Both the position numbers and the translations under genes were made by a program. A DNA stretch of 64,000 nt from Thermoproteota archaeon (GTDB lineage Archaea > Thermoproteota > Thermoprotei_A > Sulfolobales > Ignisphaeraceae). The DNA lies in NCBI GenBank assembly GCA_030550585.1, contig JAUQPB010000003.1:68333-132332 (forward strand), written 5' to 3'. Positions 40,265 to 50,556 of this stretch are shown here, one piece after another. The notes beneath the pieces were generated by a model. It searched no databases and was not told the origin of the DNA. It saw only the letters and a program-made list of their open reading frames with translations. Numbering within the stretch: the first letter of the stretch is position 1; each line of letters opens with the position of its first letter.

Positions 40265-40376
40265 GTTTTTATGTGTTATGCCAAAAACTATTCACCTAAT
40301 GCATTAAAAATAGCGCTAGGATCCAAAAATATAAGTTTTTATGTTACATCAAATTATTTGAATGGTGTTTTAGACT

Positions 40377-41234
40377 TTGTATCAAAGGGTAGTTGTACCC
40401 TATTGTGGAAAGCCTGCTACAAAAAAATATAGTGGGTTTATCATTGGAAGAAACGAAGTGGCTGTTGATATAAGCTATGTATATATGTCAGTAGCTGACG
40501 AGGCTCTCATAAACTGTATGCTTGTTGCGCAAACTAGCGAATCTGTCTTGGGTTTTGCTGGTGTTGGGAAGGTTATTGGTGTTGGTCTAAATGTTTCTGA
40601 TGTTAGAGAAGGTGATAGGGTGATTGTTTATGCTGACAATAGCGGTGTAGCACAATCTATTCATATAGCAGATAGAAGAGTTCTTATACCATTCAATGCC
40701 AAGGGTTTCAACGATTTAGAGGCGCTGATCATAGCAGTTTTTTCGGTATCTAAAGATCTAGTTGAAAGTGTGAAAGGCACTAATGTATTGATTGTGGGCA
40801 AGGACCTATCTATAATGCCGTTTGCCCTAGAATCCCAGTTAAATTCATCTAAGATGTATACTGTGCCCAGCCATACACTATGGCCTGATATCGTAAAAGG
40901 CGAACATATCTCAGTATATGATACAAGCCCTTTGTATGATGTAGCTGTTGTAGCCACATACGACCCTCTGGTACTGTCGCTAATACTTAGAATGGCTAAA
41001 GAAGGGGCAACCATAATATTACATCCACTGCTAATGCCACTAGCAAAATTTATGGAATTCAAACCGTCTAGCAACATATCGTTAAAGTCTATGAAATTTG
41101 GAGATATAAGCAATGGCATTCAAGTCTATGAGAAGCTCAAAGAGATTGCAAACTCTAGAATAAAACCCTTAGATATATCAACTTATCTTGAAAAGCTCAC
41201 ACACCCCGCAGCAGTAGCTTTACAAAGCTCTTAG
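40377..41234 (+). CDS. Degenerate MDR/alcohol-dehydrogenase-fold protein
   Basis: VLGFAGVGKV..VG.NV..V..GDRV GroES-like motif; GHE and GxGxxG absent. Confidence 0.6.
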   Translation: MYQRVVVPYCGKPATKKYSGFIIGRNEVAVDISYVYMSVADEALINCMLVAQTSESVLGFAGVGKVIGVGLNVSDVREGDRVIVYADNSGVAQSIHIADRRVLIPFNAKGFNDLEALIIAVFSVSKDLVESVKGTNVLIVGKDLSIMPFALESQLNSSKMYTVPSHTLWPDIVKGEHISVYDTSPLYDVAVVATYDPLVLSLILRMAKEGATIILHPLLMPLAKFMEFKPSSNISLKSMKFGDISNGIQVYEKLKEIANSRIKPLDISTYLEKLTHPAAVALQSS

Positions 41235-42779
41235 AAATCTCGCTCTCAGTTCCAGATATTTCACCGGTATACCCATATCAACTGCATCATACCAGGGAGG
41301 TGCTTCCCAGCCATGTCTTATATACCTCTTGCATTCTTGATTCAAAGATGAGAGAGCTTTTTTAAATCCTCCCAGCCCCAATCCATGCAATGCCCATTCG
41401 ATTATAAGCTTCGATGTTTCCCTACTACCCAGCGCAATAACAGCTTGTGCAAAAGCCCAATTAGGATCTAGAATTGAAATGTCTGCAACGCTACTTTTAA
41501 AAGACTTGTAAATGCTGATGTTTTTGCTTGTCTTTAGAACATGCTCTGGTGGGAGATATTGGTATGGAGTCCACGGTTTTGGAACTAGAGGGTTCATGGA
41601 TATTTCAATAAACTTTCTTTTCTTTATAAAGCTTAGTCTATGCATAAAATCCTTAAATGCCTGTATCTCGTCGTCTATGTTTAAATCTGGAAAGCCAGTT
41701 ATTAGATATAGCTTTACGTGATCGAACCCCAATCTATAGGAGGTCTCTAAAACTTCGATGAGATGATCGATGCTATAGCATTTTCCTATTCGACAACTAT
41801 GGCTAGTTACAAGCGATTCTGGCGCCAATGTAATGGTCTTCTGACCTAGAAGTTTTATGAGTTCCAACCTATTCGAATTTGCATGCTCCACTCTTATCGA
41901 TGGAATTGAAGCTTTTATGCCATTGCTGATAAGTTTGCCTAGCAAATGGTCTATACCAGGTACACTAAATAAGGATAGGGAATAGAAAATCGCTCTTGGA
42001 ATCTTAAGAAACTCAATTCCTCTCAATACAATTTTTTCTATCATTGAGACATCTCTATATCTAAATGGGTATAGAACATGAGATTCCATGCAAAATGCAC
42101 ATAAATACGGACATCCTCTAGAAACCTCAACCCTAATTCCATAGCCATAGATCGGCTCTTCATCAGGCGAGTAAAATTGTTGCAGAGGGTGATAGCTGTT
42201 GTCTAAGTCTTCGACAAAACATCTTCTTTTAACATCGGAAAAAGGTGTTGCACTAACACATGGCATATCTTCAAGCATTTTTACAGGATTTTGCTCTGCT
42301 AGAGAATAAACAATTTTGTCTATAATATTCTCCGCTTCGCCAATCACAACAAAATCAACTATTTCCGCTAATGGTAGTGGATTCGATGTAGGTGCTAGCC
42401 CCCCAGCTATAATCAAAGGTTTTGACCACCCCTTATCTTTATGTATTATACCAAGTCTATGAAGAATGAAAGCAGCTGTAACATAGTCTAGTTCAAAGGG
42501 TAATGAAATTAGAATGGCATCAAGCTTTTTAATGCTCATCTCAGTATCTAAAGCCTCGATCCTTTTGCTATCAATATCAAATACATATCTGTAGGCATGA
42601 ACACCCTCTAAGCTATTCAAATATGTATAAGCCATTTGAAAGAATAGCGATGATACAGCTGCTCTGTATGGTATAGTCATCATTATGCCTATCTTAATAT
42701 CGCTAGGCCTACCCCTTTTCGCTATAGTATAGTTTTCTTTTCTTGGTTTAAACACTAAAAAATCACTATTTATAGCCAT
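41220..42779 (-). CDS. Radical SAM protein with B12-binding-like N-terminal domain
   Basis: AGG..PTSNP.P, IGEAE, EVSRGCPYLCAFC and KLYLITGFP motifs. Confidence 0.85.
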   Translation of the reverse strand: MAINSDFLVFKPRKENYTIAKRGRPSDIKIGIMMTIPYRAAVSSLFFQMAYTYLNSLEGVHAYRYVFDIDSKRIEALDTEMSIKKLDAILISLPFELDYVTAAFILHRLGIIHKDKGWSKPLIIAGGLAPTSNPLPLAEIVDFVVIGEAENIIDKIVYSLAEQNPVKMLEDMPCVSATPFSDVKRRCFVEDLDNSYHPLQQFYSPDEEPIYGYGIRVEVSRGCPYLCAFCMESHVLYPFRYRDVSMIEKIVLRGIEFLKIPRAIFYSLSLFSVPGIDHLLGKLISNGIKASIPSIRVEHANSNRLELIKLLGQKTITLAPESLVTSHSCRIGKCYSIDHLIEVLETSYRLGFDHVKLYLITGFPDLNIDDEIQAFKDFMHRLSFIKKRKFIEISMNPLVPKPWTPYQYLPPEHVLKTSKNISIYKSFKSSVADISILDPNWAFAQAVIALGSRETSKLIIEWALHGLGLGGFKKALSSLNQECKRYIRHGWEAPPWYDAVDMGIPVKYLELRARFLRAL

Positions 42780-42782
42780 AAG

Positions 42783-43388
42783 CTATTCTCCTAACACTGA
42801 TATATTAAGATCTTGCACATCGACTAGCAATGAAGTGAACTGTTTATTGGTAGAGACTAAGACGTTACTAGGGTCTAGGACATCTATACATAAATCGCTT
42901 TGAAAACTCTTGTTACATGATATGAATAAAAGCTTTGTAGGTTTATTCACATCCCCAAATACATTCTTTATTCCAATATTCAAATCCTTTCCAACTAACT
43001 TGACTTTAGAACATGAGGATGTTTTTAGAGGGTAGCGAGAGAGTATTATTGTGAGAAAACAGTTAGACAATATTTTTTCTCTAAGCCTTTCAATGTTTTG
43101 AATAGGGTTCTTTGCATCAATTCCGCTGATGCATATCCCATCATCTATGAAGTGCAAAGAGCCTGCTATGTATGCCCCCACATTTTTCATAGTCTTCACA
43201 ATATGTATATCGTCATCTACATCCACTATACCATAGATGCTCTTACCAACTCTTAAAACATCTAGACATTGTCCCAGACCACCGCATAGCATTACCAAGT
43301 CGAAATGCTCTGCCTTCAGTTTATCTACAACCTCTCTACATTTCCTATAATCGATTGCTTGTATAATTGCTATTCTCAATCTCTTCAT
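42783..43388 (-). CDS. Hypothetical protein, degenerate metallophosphoesterase-like
   Basis: DLVMLCGG and IILSRYP resemble GD and SH.PP motifs with the ligands lost. Confidence 0.5.
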   Translation of the reverse strand: MKRLRIAIIQAIDYRKCREVVDKLKAEHFDLVMLCGGLGQCLDVLRVGKSIYGIVDVDDDIHIVKTMKNVGAYIAGSLHFIDDGICISGIDAKNPIQNIERLREKILSNCFLTIILSRYPLKTSSCSKVKLVGKDLNIGIKNVFGDVNKPTKLLFISCNKSFQSDLCIDVLDPSNVLVSTNKQFTSLLVDVQDLNISVLGE

Positions 43389-44122
43389 AGTAGATCTCTA
43401 TTCTTGTCCATGTACACATGGAAAAGCACTCTATAGTTATTCCCAACATATCTCTCTATAACTGGTCTCCACTGATCCCCTATAGCCACAAGAGCATAGA
43501 AACCCGCTGGCCTGGCACCAGCTTTCTTTATCAACTCAAACACAGCTGCGCTAGTCCTTCCACTTCTCACAAGATCATCGACCACAAGAACCTTGTCGCC
43601 ATATTCTAAAACAGCTTCAGGAAGATACAAAGAGATTACCTCCGGTGGTGCTCTTGTAACATAGCTTACCTCAATGAACTTGCTATAGCCAACCTCCTTT
43701 CTCTTTTTAATTACAACTATTTTTGCATTCAATCTTTTAGATATTAATGTAGCCAGAGCTATTCCATCGGTTTCAACAGTTGTAACAACATTAAATCCCA
43801 TGTTCTGGGCCCACAACAACGCATCTATCGAGGCATAGTTAAGCAAATCTATATTGTAAACGATGTCATATGTCCTTATAACACCTTCATCATCCAGTTG
43901 AATTATCCTCTCCTTCAATTTATTCACTATATCCTGATCCAATAGCTTTGATAGCATCTGCCGCGCTCTCTCAACCGAAGGCCTTATATCGCCATGTACA
44001 TAACGCCAAAGGGTTGGCACTGTAACATTCAATATTTCTTCCAGCTCCTTAAACTTGAAAAATCTCTTAAGACTTGAAAGTACCTCGACGATAAGCTCCC
44101 TCTCGTCTATCTCCATTACCAC
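43385..44122 (-). CDS. HTH-phosphoribosyltransferase (PurR-like/APRT family)
   Basis: N-terminal HTH (TLWRY..G...PS); VLVVDDLVRSGRT PRPP motif. Confidence 0.88.
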   Translation of the reverse strand: MVMEIDERELIVEVLSSLKRFFKFKELEEILNVTVPTLWRYVHGDIRPSVERARQMLSKLLDQDIVNKLKERIIQLDDEGVIRTYDIVYNIDLLNYASIDALLWAQNMGFNVVTTVETDGIALATLISKRLNAKIVVIKKRKEVGYSKFIEVSYVTRAPPEVISLYLPEAVLEYGDKVLVVDDLVRSGRTSAAVFELIKKAGARPAGFYALVAIGDQWRPVIERYVGNNYRVLFHVYMDKNRDLL

Positions 44123-44342
44123 ACCCTACACTATCTCTAATCCTTAATAAACATTTTAAAAGAGAATATAAGCTGTATAGTTACGGATCTTCATATCTAA
44201 TATTTAATCAGCTATCAGATAAAGAATTGTCGCTGAGGCAGTTGACCTTCTTATTACCTACTTTAAACCATTGTAATACACCTATACACGATTGTTTTAA
44301 AACCATTGTAGATAGAGCATTTACATACAGTCAAAATTTCTT

Positions 44343-44627
44343 TTACTCAAACACTGCTGCTGCCATTACAATACCTCTGATAGACATGTTATTATTACTA
44401 GATAGTGCGATTTTAGATATTATGTACTCAATTGTCTCGTCTTCTTCGTCACATGAAACAACTTCCTCACCATTTAACAATATGCCTGGGGGAAGAGAGA
44501 CATTTGCAAAAAGAACCTCAACATTTGTGTACCTCGCCAAGGTTTTTTTCACCATTGTTGCCACCCTACCGCATTTTTCCATATCCTCTATTTTCGATCC
44601 CATTACAATTAATTTAACCTTATTCAT
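44343..44627 (-). CDS. Small hypothetical protein (thioredoxin-like fold possible)
   Basis: 94-aa ORF with PGILLNGE. Confidence 0.5.
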   Translation of the reverse strand: MNKVKLIVMGSKIEDMEKCGRVATMVKKTLARYTNVEVLFANVSLPPGILLNGEEVVSCDEEDETIEYIISKIALSSNNNMSIRGIVMAAAVFE

Positions 44628-44754
44628 ACTAGATCAAGATAAATATGTGTTTGGTGTTACCATATAAAATTGGAGTTAAGGATCGCTATTCAAGATAGAA
44701 AAGCTTAAAAACTTTAATGATCCTATACTCTTACTGGAGTAAAAAGTATATAGG

Positions 44755-45216
44755 GTGAGAAGCATGATAAGACTTAAAAAGCTTTATGAGGATATCGATA
44801 TTGAGGTCTTCAAAGCGCCTACAGAAGAAGAGCTAGAGAATCTCATCAAAGAGACCATCAAAAACAACGGAAGGCCAATGACATGGAAAGAGCTTAGAGA
44901 ACTGTTTGCAGGTGTTGCTGGAGAGGATAGGTTAAGAAAGGTTCTAGTCAAACTCATTGAAAGAGATGAGCTTATAGAGCTACCTGATGGAGCGCTAGCA
45001 TTGCCCGGTATGGAGCAGAACTACATACCTAGAAAGAATACTAAGAGAGTAAGACCATTGGTTCCAACAAAATTTAGAGAAAGATGGGGCAATCTAGCTG
45101 CAAAACTAAGGAAAACTGGGTTACCATTAGGAGAGGCCATAAAACAGTTTGGAACTTCTGCTCCATTTGAAGAAGAGTTTGAAGAAGAGTCTGAGGAAGA
45201 ATACATAGAGGAGTAG
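44755..45216 (+). CDS. Winged-helix-like protein with acidic tail
   Basis: MTWKELRELF...EDRLRKVL..LIE.D.L...DG pattern; Glu-rich C-terminus. Confidence 0.65.
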   Translation: MRSMIRLKKLYEDIDIEVFKAPTEEELENLIKETIKNNGRPMTWKELRELFAGVAGEDRLRKVLVKLIERDELIELPDGALALPGMEQNYIPRKNTKRVRPLVPTKFRERWGNLAAKLRKTGLPLGEAIKQFGTSAPFEEEFEEESEEEYIEE

Positions 45217-45263
45217 AGCAAAACAATTTCTTGAGTGGAGCACAATCATTTACTTATGGTTAA

Positions 45264-45452
45264 TTGTTAAATATTACAATATGTGTAGAAGGTATGAGTT
45301 CTCGAAGATGTGAAAAAGCAAGTGTTAAAATAATGGGTAAGGTAGCTATAATAAGAACTGAGAGAGGGTCAAAGGCGTTAGTTGGAGCCGATGATCTATG
45401 CGATTTAGCTAAAAAACTTGGTTTATGTCTCGAGAACTATAACTGCTTTTAA
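45264..45452 (+). CDS. Small Cys-containing hypothetical protein
   Basis: Short ORF downstream of the wHTH gene; start uncertain. Confidence 0.5.
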   Translation: MLNITICVEGMSSRRCEKASVKIMGKVAIIRTERGSKALVGADDLCDLAKKLGLCLENYNCF

Positions 45453-46540
45453 AGCTTGTATCTTTTTATCAGTCCTCGCATTTTTGCGTACATCCCATAG
45501 TCAACATATTCCTTTCTATTAATGAATTGATCTACTGTTGGCGCCTTATTGACTACATCTAATAGTTTGTCGGTAACAATTATACTAAACGCATCGCTTC
45601 CCGCACCACTACCAAACGACACTGCCAAAATTCGTTGGCCTGGCTTTGAGTTTTCTAAAATTCTTGCCAATCCTATTAATAGCGAGCCGTTGTAGGTATT
45701 GCCGATATAGGGGGTTACAATACCTGGAATAACTTTTTCCTTTGGTATTCCAAGCATGGAAGCAACTCTTAGTGGAAATTTACCGTTTGGTTGATGGAAA
45801 ACAGCGTAATCGAAATCTGATGGTCTTAGACCCAATTCCTCCATTAAAAGTTTTGCTGCTGAAACCACATGACTAAAATATGCTGGTTCACCTGTAAACC
45901 CCTCACCATGTAGAGGGTATGGGGCTCCCTCTCTACGCCAGAAATCGGGTGTATCGGTAGAGTATGATGCAAATCCCTCAAAATATGCTATGGACTCATT
46001 CTTAGACCCTATAATATATGCTGCACCACCACTGCTTGCAGTGAACTCTAGAACATCGCCTGGGCTACTTTGAGATGTGTCTGCACCTATTGCAAGAACA
46101 TATCTCGCCAATCCACTTTCTATGTGAACTATCCCCAACCTTATACCCTCTGCACCAACCCTGCAAGCAAATTCCAAATCAGCAACGGCTTTTTTGGATT
46201 TGATGCCAAGAGCTTCAGCAATAATGGTTGCACCTGGTTTAACAGCATAAGGCTTACTCTCAGTACCGAGATACACTACATCTATTTCGTTAGGGTCTAT
46301 GCCCGCCCTTTTCAAAGCGTACATCGATGCCATATAGCCTATTGTAACTGAATCCTCATCTACATTACCTATAGCCTTCTCCTCAATCCAAATTCCTTTT
46401 GCAGACTCGTCATCAAATCCCCACATGTCAACAATATTACCCGCTTTTATTCTGTATTTGGGTATGTAAACCCCCCAGCCAACTATCCCACTCCTCAAGC
46501 ATCTTGGCAAATATAACACCATCTCAACAAATATTTGCAA
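45449..46540 (-). CDS. mvaS: Hydroxymethylglutaryl-CoA synthase (archaeal)
   Basis: GTESKPYAVKP, DLEFAC, DTPDFWRR, FHQPNGKFP, IGNTY and SFGSGAGSD motifs. Confidence 0.93.
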   Translation of the reverse strand: MQIFVEMVLYLPRCLRSGIVGWGVYIPKYRIKAGNIVDMWGFDDESAKGIWIEEKAIGNVDEDSVTIGYMASMYALKRAGIDPNEIDVVYLGTESKPYAVKPGATIIAEALGIKSKKAVADLEFACRVGAEGIRLGIVHIESGLARYVLAIGADTSQSSPGDVLEFTASSGGAAYIIGSKNESIAYFEGFASYSTDTPDFWRREGAPYPLHGEGFTGEPAYFSHVVSAAKLLMEELGLRPSDFDYAVFHQPNGKFPLRVASMLGIPKEKVIPGIVTPYIGNTYNGSLLIGLARILENSKPGQRILAVSFGSGAGSDAFSIIVTDKLLDVVNKAPTVDQFINRKEYVDYGMYAKMRGLIKRYKL

Positions 46541-46741
46541 TGATATAAGGGCTATTTAAGAGTTCGCCTACAATTACAACCATAAAAATTTGAATATGTC
46601 CATGTTTCTCAATACTCTATTAGAGCTTCTGAACTCTAATGACTATCTCAAGAATTTATCAGAGCCCTTAGAATAGATAATAGGAATTATTTTCATAACC
46701 ATAGACAGACCAAGAACATCAACAAATGCTTAAAATATCCT

Positions 46742-47245
46742 CTATCGCTCATTTTCAAGAATTTCCCTAACCTTTTTAAACACAAATCTAATAAGCTTCA
46801 AGAAGACGCTTGCAAACTCTTCTACCTGAGACAAAATTTTTTGTTCTCCATCATCAGATATGTAAAGCCATGCTTTTGAGACGTTTGGCACAGTTTGAGC
46901 AGACCTTGTGCTTGCATACCCATATCTTATCCACCCACTGCTGCATCTAGTCATCAACATTATTACATTGTCCATGAGATTTGATCCAACATTGCCAATA
47001 TTTGTAACTGAATCTATTGTAGTCACCAACTCCAAGAAAATATCTCCAACAAGCTCTTCTAGAGCTGGTGGCATGCTATCGCATGGCACTATATAACCAT
47101 ATATGGAAAGCACTGGATAACGAATTTCATTGTAATCTAGGTATAGGGCTATGCACCCACAGTCTTTTTCAATACATTCCAGGACAGCGTTTATCACACT
47201 GTCATTTGTAGGGATGCACATCGATTTCTCCTTACTTTTTGGCAT
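46742..47245 (-). CDS. Hypothetical protein
   Basis: 167-aa ORF with GAGG RBS upstream. Confidence 0.6.
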   Translation of the reverse strand: MPKSKEKSMCIPTNDSVINAVLECIEKDCGCIALYLDYNEIRYPVLSIYGYIVPCDSMPPALEELVGDIFLELVTTIDSVTNIGNVGSNLMDNVIMLMTRCSSGWIRYGYASTRSAQTVPNVSKAWLYISDDGEQKILSQVEEFASVFLKLIRFVFKKVREILENER

Positions 47246-47321
47246 AACCTAATAAAACCTCTAAAAACTACTAGCATAGTACTGATAATCAGTGTAAGTA
47301 AAAATATTTTGTAGATAAACG

Positions 47322-48044
47322 ATGATGAAGGCAACCCCCTTAACAATAGTTATTGCAGAGGCGGGGCTAGAGCTTATCCCTAAGGAGATAGAGAATCATC
47401 CTCTAATAAAAGCTCATGCAAGAAAGCGTGGAAAGAAACCCAATGAGATTATACTGGATATCTCATTGCACTATAAAGCTATGAAGAGCCTCAGCAATTG
47501 GTTCAAGAGAGGAAGACCAGATATTGTACACACCTCACTGTTAATAGCATTATCGAGCGTTCTTAACAGAGCTGGATTGCTGAGGATATATATTCACACA
47601 ATTAACAATCTAATAGTGTATGTAGATCCTAGGGTTAGGATACCTAGAAACTACAACAGGTTTGTGGGACTGATGGAACAGCTTCTCATAGAAAAGAAGG
47701 TTCCTCCAAATACCCAAAAGCCTCTATTATTGGCTGAGGAGAAGAAGCTGGACGAATTTATTAAGGAAAACCACTTTGACCATATTGTTTTGCTGTACGA
47801 AAAAGGAGAATTCATTAAGCCAAATACCTTTGGCGAGATGATTAGCAGTAAAATGGTTAGAGGGGAGAGGGTATGTGTGATTATTGGCGGTTTTCAACAT
47901 GGAGATTTTGAGCCAAGCACACTTAGTCTTTCTGAAAATAGGATTGCTATATACAAACAACCTTTGGAAACCTGGACAGTGCTATCCATGGTTATTCACA
48001 GCATCGAAAATTCAAAAGAATTTGACGAAGTACTTTGGCGCTAG
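47322..48044 (+). CDS. nep1: 16S rRNA pseudouridine N1-methyltransferase Nep1
   Basis: RGRPDIVH, RIPRNYNRF.GLMEQL and IGGFQHGDF motifs. Confidence 0.95.
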   Translation: MMKATPLTIVIAEAGLELIPKEIENHPLIKAHARKRGKKPNEIILDISLHYKAMKSLSNWFKRGRPDIVHTSLLIALSSVLNRAGLLRIYIHTINNLIVYVDPRVRIPRNYNRFVGLMEQLLIEKKVPPNTQKPLLLAEEKKLDEFIKENHFDHIVLLYEKGEFIKPNTFGEMISSKMVRGERVCVIIGGFQHGDFEPSTLSLSENRIAIYKQPLETWTVLSMVIHSIENSKEFDEVLWR

Positions 48045-49045
48045 TAGTACTGGAGATATCTAAGCATTTTAACTAGGTTTGGTGGAGGCTTCATAGCCAA
48101 TGCTATGGCTCCCATGAGAACAACGTCATCCCCAAATTTCGTTGGTGTTATCATAGGCTGGGCTGTCACTATACCTGGAGCCCTCTTCAAACCCTCTACA
48201 ATTCTATCTATAACTAGTTCTTTGTTCTTTAATGCAACAGAGCCTCCTACAGTTATTATTTCGGGATCGTACAAGTTAATTATATTTATAAATCCTACAA
48301 TATTATATTTGTTCACCTCTTCTACTATCCTAAGAGCCAGCTTATCGCCTTCTTTTGCCTTTGAATATATGAGTTCGGATGTTAGGAAGCCGTCTTTGTA
48401 TGCTTTGTATATCTGGGACTCTTTTTCTTCTTGACTTAAACTCAATTCTTCGATAAGCCTAGAAGCAAATTTTGGTATGTTAGCACCACTTGCATAAGCT
48501 TCCCAATGTCCATATCCTCCACAACCGCACTTCATTTTGCCATTAACATCGACAACTATATGCCCTATTTCATGAGCGTTACCCATTTTGCCTAGTAGAA
48601 GCGTGTCATTAACTATCATACCCCCTCCAATACCAGTGCTGATTGTTACATAGACAACATTTTCATATCCTCTGCCAAATCCTAGTACCTTCTCCCCCCA
48701 GACACCAGCAATACAGTCATTTGCCATGATAACAGGTTTTCCAAACCTTTCCTGCAATGGTCGTGCAAGTTCAAATGTGTGAATAGATATGTTAGGGGCG
48801 TTTAGTACAACACCTGTAGCAAGATCCATTGGCCCTGCGCTTCCAATCCCTATTGCTCTTACATCCATTAAAACATCTCTAAAACTTTCCTCGATTTTAT
48901 CAGATATGACATTGGCTATTGTATATCTATCCCCCTCCTGAGGCGTCCTCATAACAATCTTCTTAACTATTTCTCCATCTTGCGATGCGAGAGCTATTCT
49001 TGTCCAAGTTGCACCAACGTCAATTCCTATATAATACACAACCAT
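48041..49045 (-). CDS. glk: ROK-family sugar kinase (glucokinase)
   Basis: GIDVGAT, ND, STGIGGG, HEIGH and CGCG..GHWE motifs. Confidence 0.9.
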   Translation of the reverse strand: MVVYYIGIDVGATWTRIALASQDGEIVKKIVMRTPQEGDRYTIANVISDKIEESFRDVLMDVRAIGIGSAGPMDLATGVVLNAPNISIHTFELARPLQERFGKPVIMANDCIAGVWGEKVLGFGRGYENVVYVTISTGIGGGMIVNDTLLLGKMGNAHEIGHIVVDVNGKMKCGCGGYGHWEAYASGANIPKFASRLIEELSLSQEEKESQIYKAYKDGFLTSELIYSKAKEGDKLALRIVEEVNKYNIVGFINIINLYDPEIITVGGSVALKNKELVIDRIVEGLKRAPGIVTAQPMITPTKFGDDVVLMGAIALAMKPPPNLVKMLRYLQYY

Positions 49046-49069
49046 ATACCCCCTCCCACAAGTTTGTTT

Positions 49070-49125
49070 TGTCAGCCTTCTTACCGCACATCATTTATCA
49101 GGTAGGAGGTGCATACATCATCAAA
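49070..49125 (-). ncRNA. C/D-box guide sRNA
   Basis: Minus strand reads TGATGATGT-atgcacctcctac-CTGA-taa-ATGATGT-gcggtaagaagg-CTGA; intergenic. Confidence 0.85.
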
Positions 49126-49132
49126 AAATGTT

Positions 49133-50422
49133 TTATTGATTCAACAGCTCAAAAACTTTTTTGAGAACTAGATAGCCATGTGGTATTATTCCAAGAGAAC
49201 CTTTCGTACAGCACTCATATTCTGTAAACCTTTCGAGGCCATCAAATCTCTTGAGGTTCTTCGATGCTACCATTAGTGGAACTGGATCACTTGTATGTGC
49301 TTTAAGCTCTGGTGGTGTTGCATGGTCAGCTGTCACAACGATCGCCACATCGCTTAGATCTACAGACTTTAGAAGAGGTGATATGTAGAACTTGTCTATG
49401 TTTTCTATTGAAAGCACCTTTCTCTTCTTATCCCCATCATGACCGGGTTCGTCAGGTCCTTTTAGATGTACATAAACAACATCTACCTCATTTAGTAGCT
49501 TGAGTGTTGCCTCAAGTCTTTCTTTCAGATCCTTCTCAGCTACTCCAGAGGGCGGCGATACCTCTACCGCTTTCATTCCTAGTAACCTCCCTATACCTTT
49601 CTCAACAGGCATCTCCGCAACAATGCCAAAGGTCTTTCCATAGAGCTTGTTAATCGGTCTAATATTTGGATATCTGTCTTCGGCATCTCGAAGGAGAATT
49701 GCATTAGCTTTTGGAAGCCCCCTCTCAGCCCTCTTGATATTCACTTGATGAGAGTCCAATATCTCGATGGCTCTACGTGTAAACTCATCTACAAGTTCAC
49801 ATGTTATCTTAGCCTCTTCGCTATCATCAAGAGGTTTGCATTTAGCTACAAAAGGCTCGAATTTATCAAGAGCTATAGACACTCTGCCCACTCTACCATA
49901 AGCTGGATCAGTATTTGAAACATTTGCCGACAACCTCTTTTCCCTACTGCCTATAATTACCACAGCACGATGACCCACAGTAGAGTAGACTTTTGCATAA
50001 CCGCCATACTTACCTAAATCAATATTTAGAGATTTTGCCAGCTCTCTTGCCTCATCTGATCCCAGACTTCGCCCCACCCTCCTATCAACTATCTTCATAT
50101 TTCTAATATCAATTGTAGCAAAGTTAGCTCTGAACGCAACCTCAAAACCCTCTGATATGTTAACACCAATGCCGAGAGCCTCTAACAGACCCCTCCCAAT
50201 ATTGATCTCCTTGGGGTTGTAACCCAAAATCGAAAAAACAGCTGCATCGCTTTCAGGTGCTGTCTCGCTGTCTATAGGATGGAAGCAACCAGCAATTGAG
50301 ACCTTGGCCAATTCTTCAAGGCCTTGTGTCTTTGCAAGCTCTAATGATGTTGGTCTGTATTTAATTGTGTCAGCTACACCATCTAATACTATTATAACGG
50401 TTTTCTTCATAAACAACCACAC
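49133..50422 (-). CDS. apgM: 2,3-BPG-independent phosphoglycerate mutase
   Basis: LDGVAD, PESD, AFRANFAT, HLKGPDEPGHDG and TADHATP motifs. Confidence 0.95.
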   Translation of the reverse strand: MWLFMKKTVIIVLDGVADTIKYRPTSLELAKTQGLEELAKVSIAGCFHPIDSETAPESDAAVFSILGYNPKEINIGRGLLEALGIGVNISEGFEVAFRANFATIDIRNMKIVDRRVGRSLGSDEARELAKSLNIDLGKYGGYAKVYSTVGHRAVVIIGSREKRLSANVSNTDPAYGRVGRVSIALDKFEPFVAKCKPLDDSEEAKITCELVDEFTRRAIEILDSHQVNIKRAERGLPKANAILLRDAEDRYPNIRPINKLYGKTFGIVAEMPVEKGIGRLLGMKAVEVSPPSGVAEKDLKERLEATLKLLNEVDVVYVHLKGPDEPGHDGDKKRKVLSIENIDKFYISPLLKSVDLSDVAIVVTADHATPPELKAHTSDPVPLMVASKNLKRFDGLERFTEYECCTKGSLGIIPHGYLVLKKVFELLNQ

Positions 50423-50556
50423 ACCTCTTAGATGCTGCTAAGTGCAATTACACGCATTAAATAATTAAGTCTAACCTATATAAAAGTTTATAAAGTAAGT
50501 AAGGATATAAGTTGGGATGATATAACATTAAGTCTGATAAAAATAGGTGTTATAAT

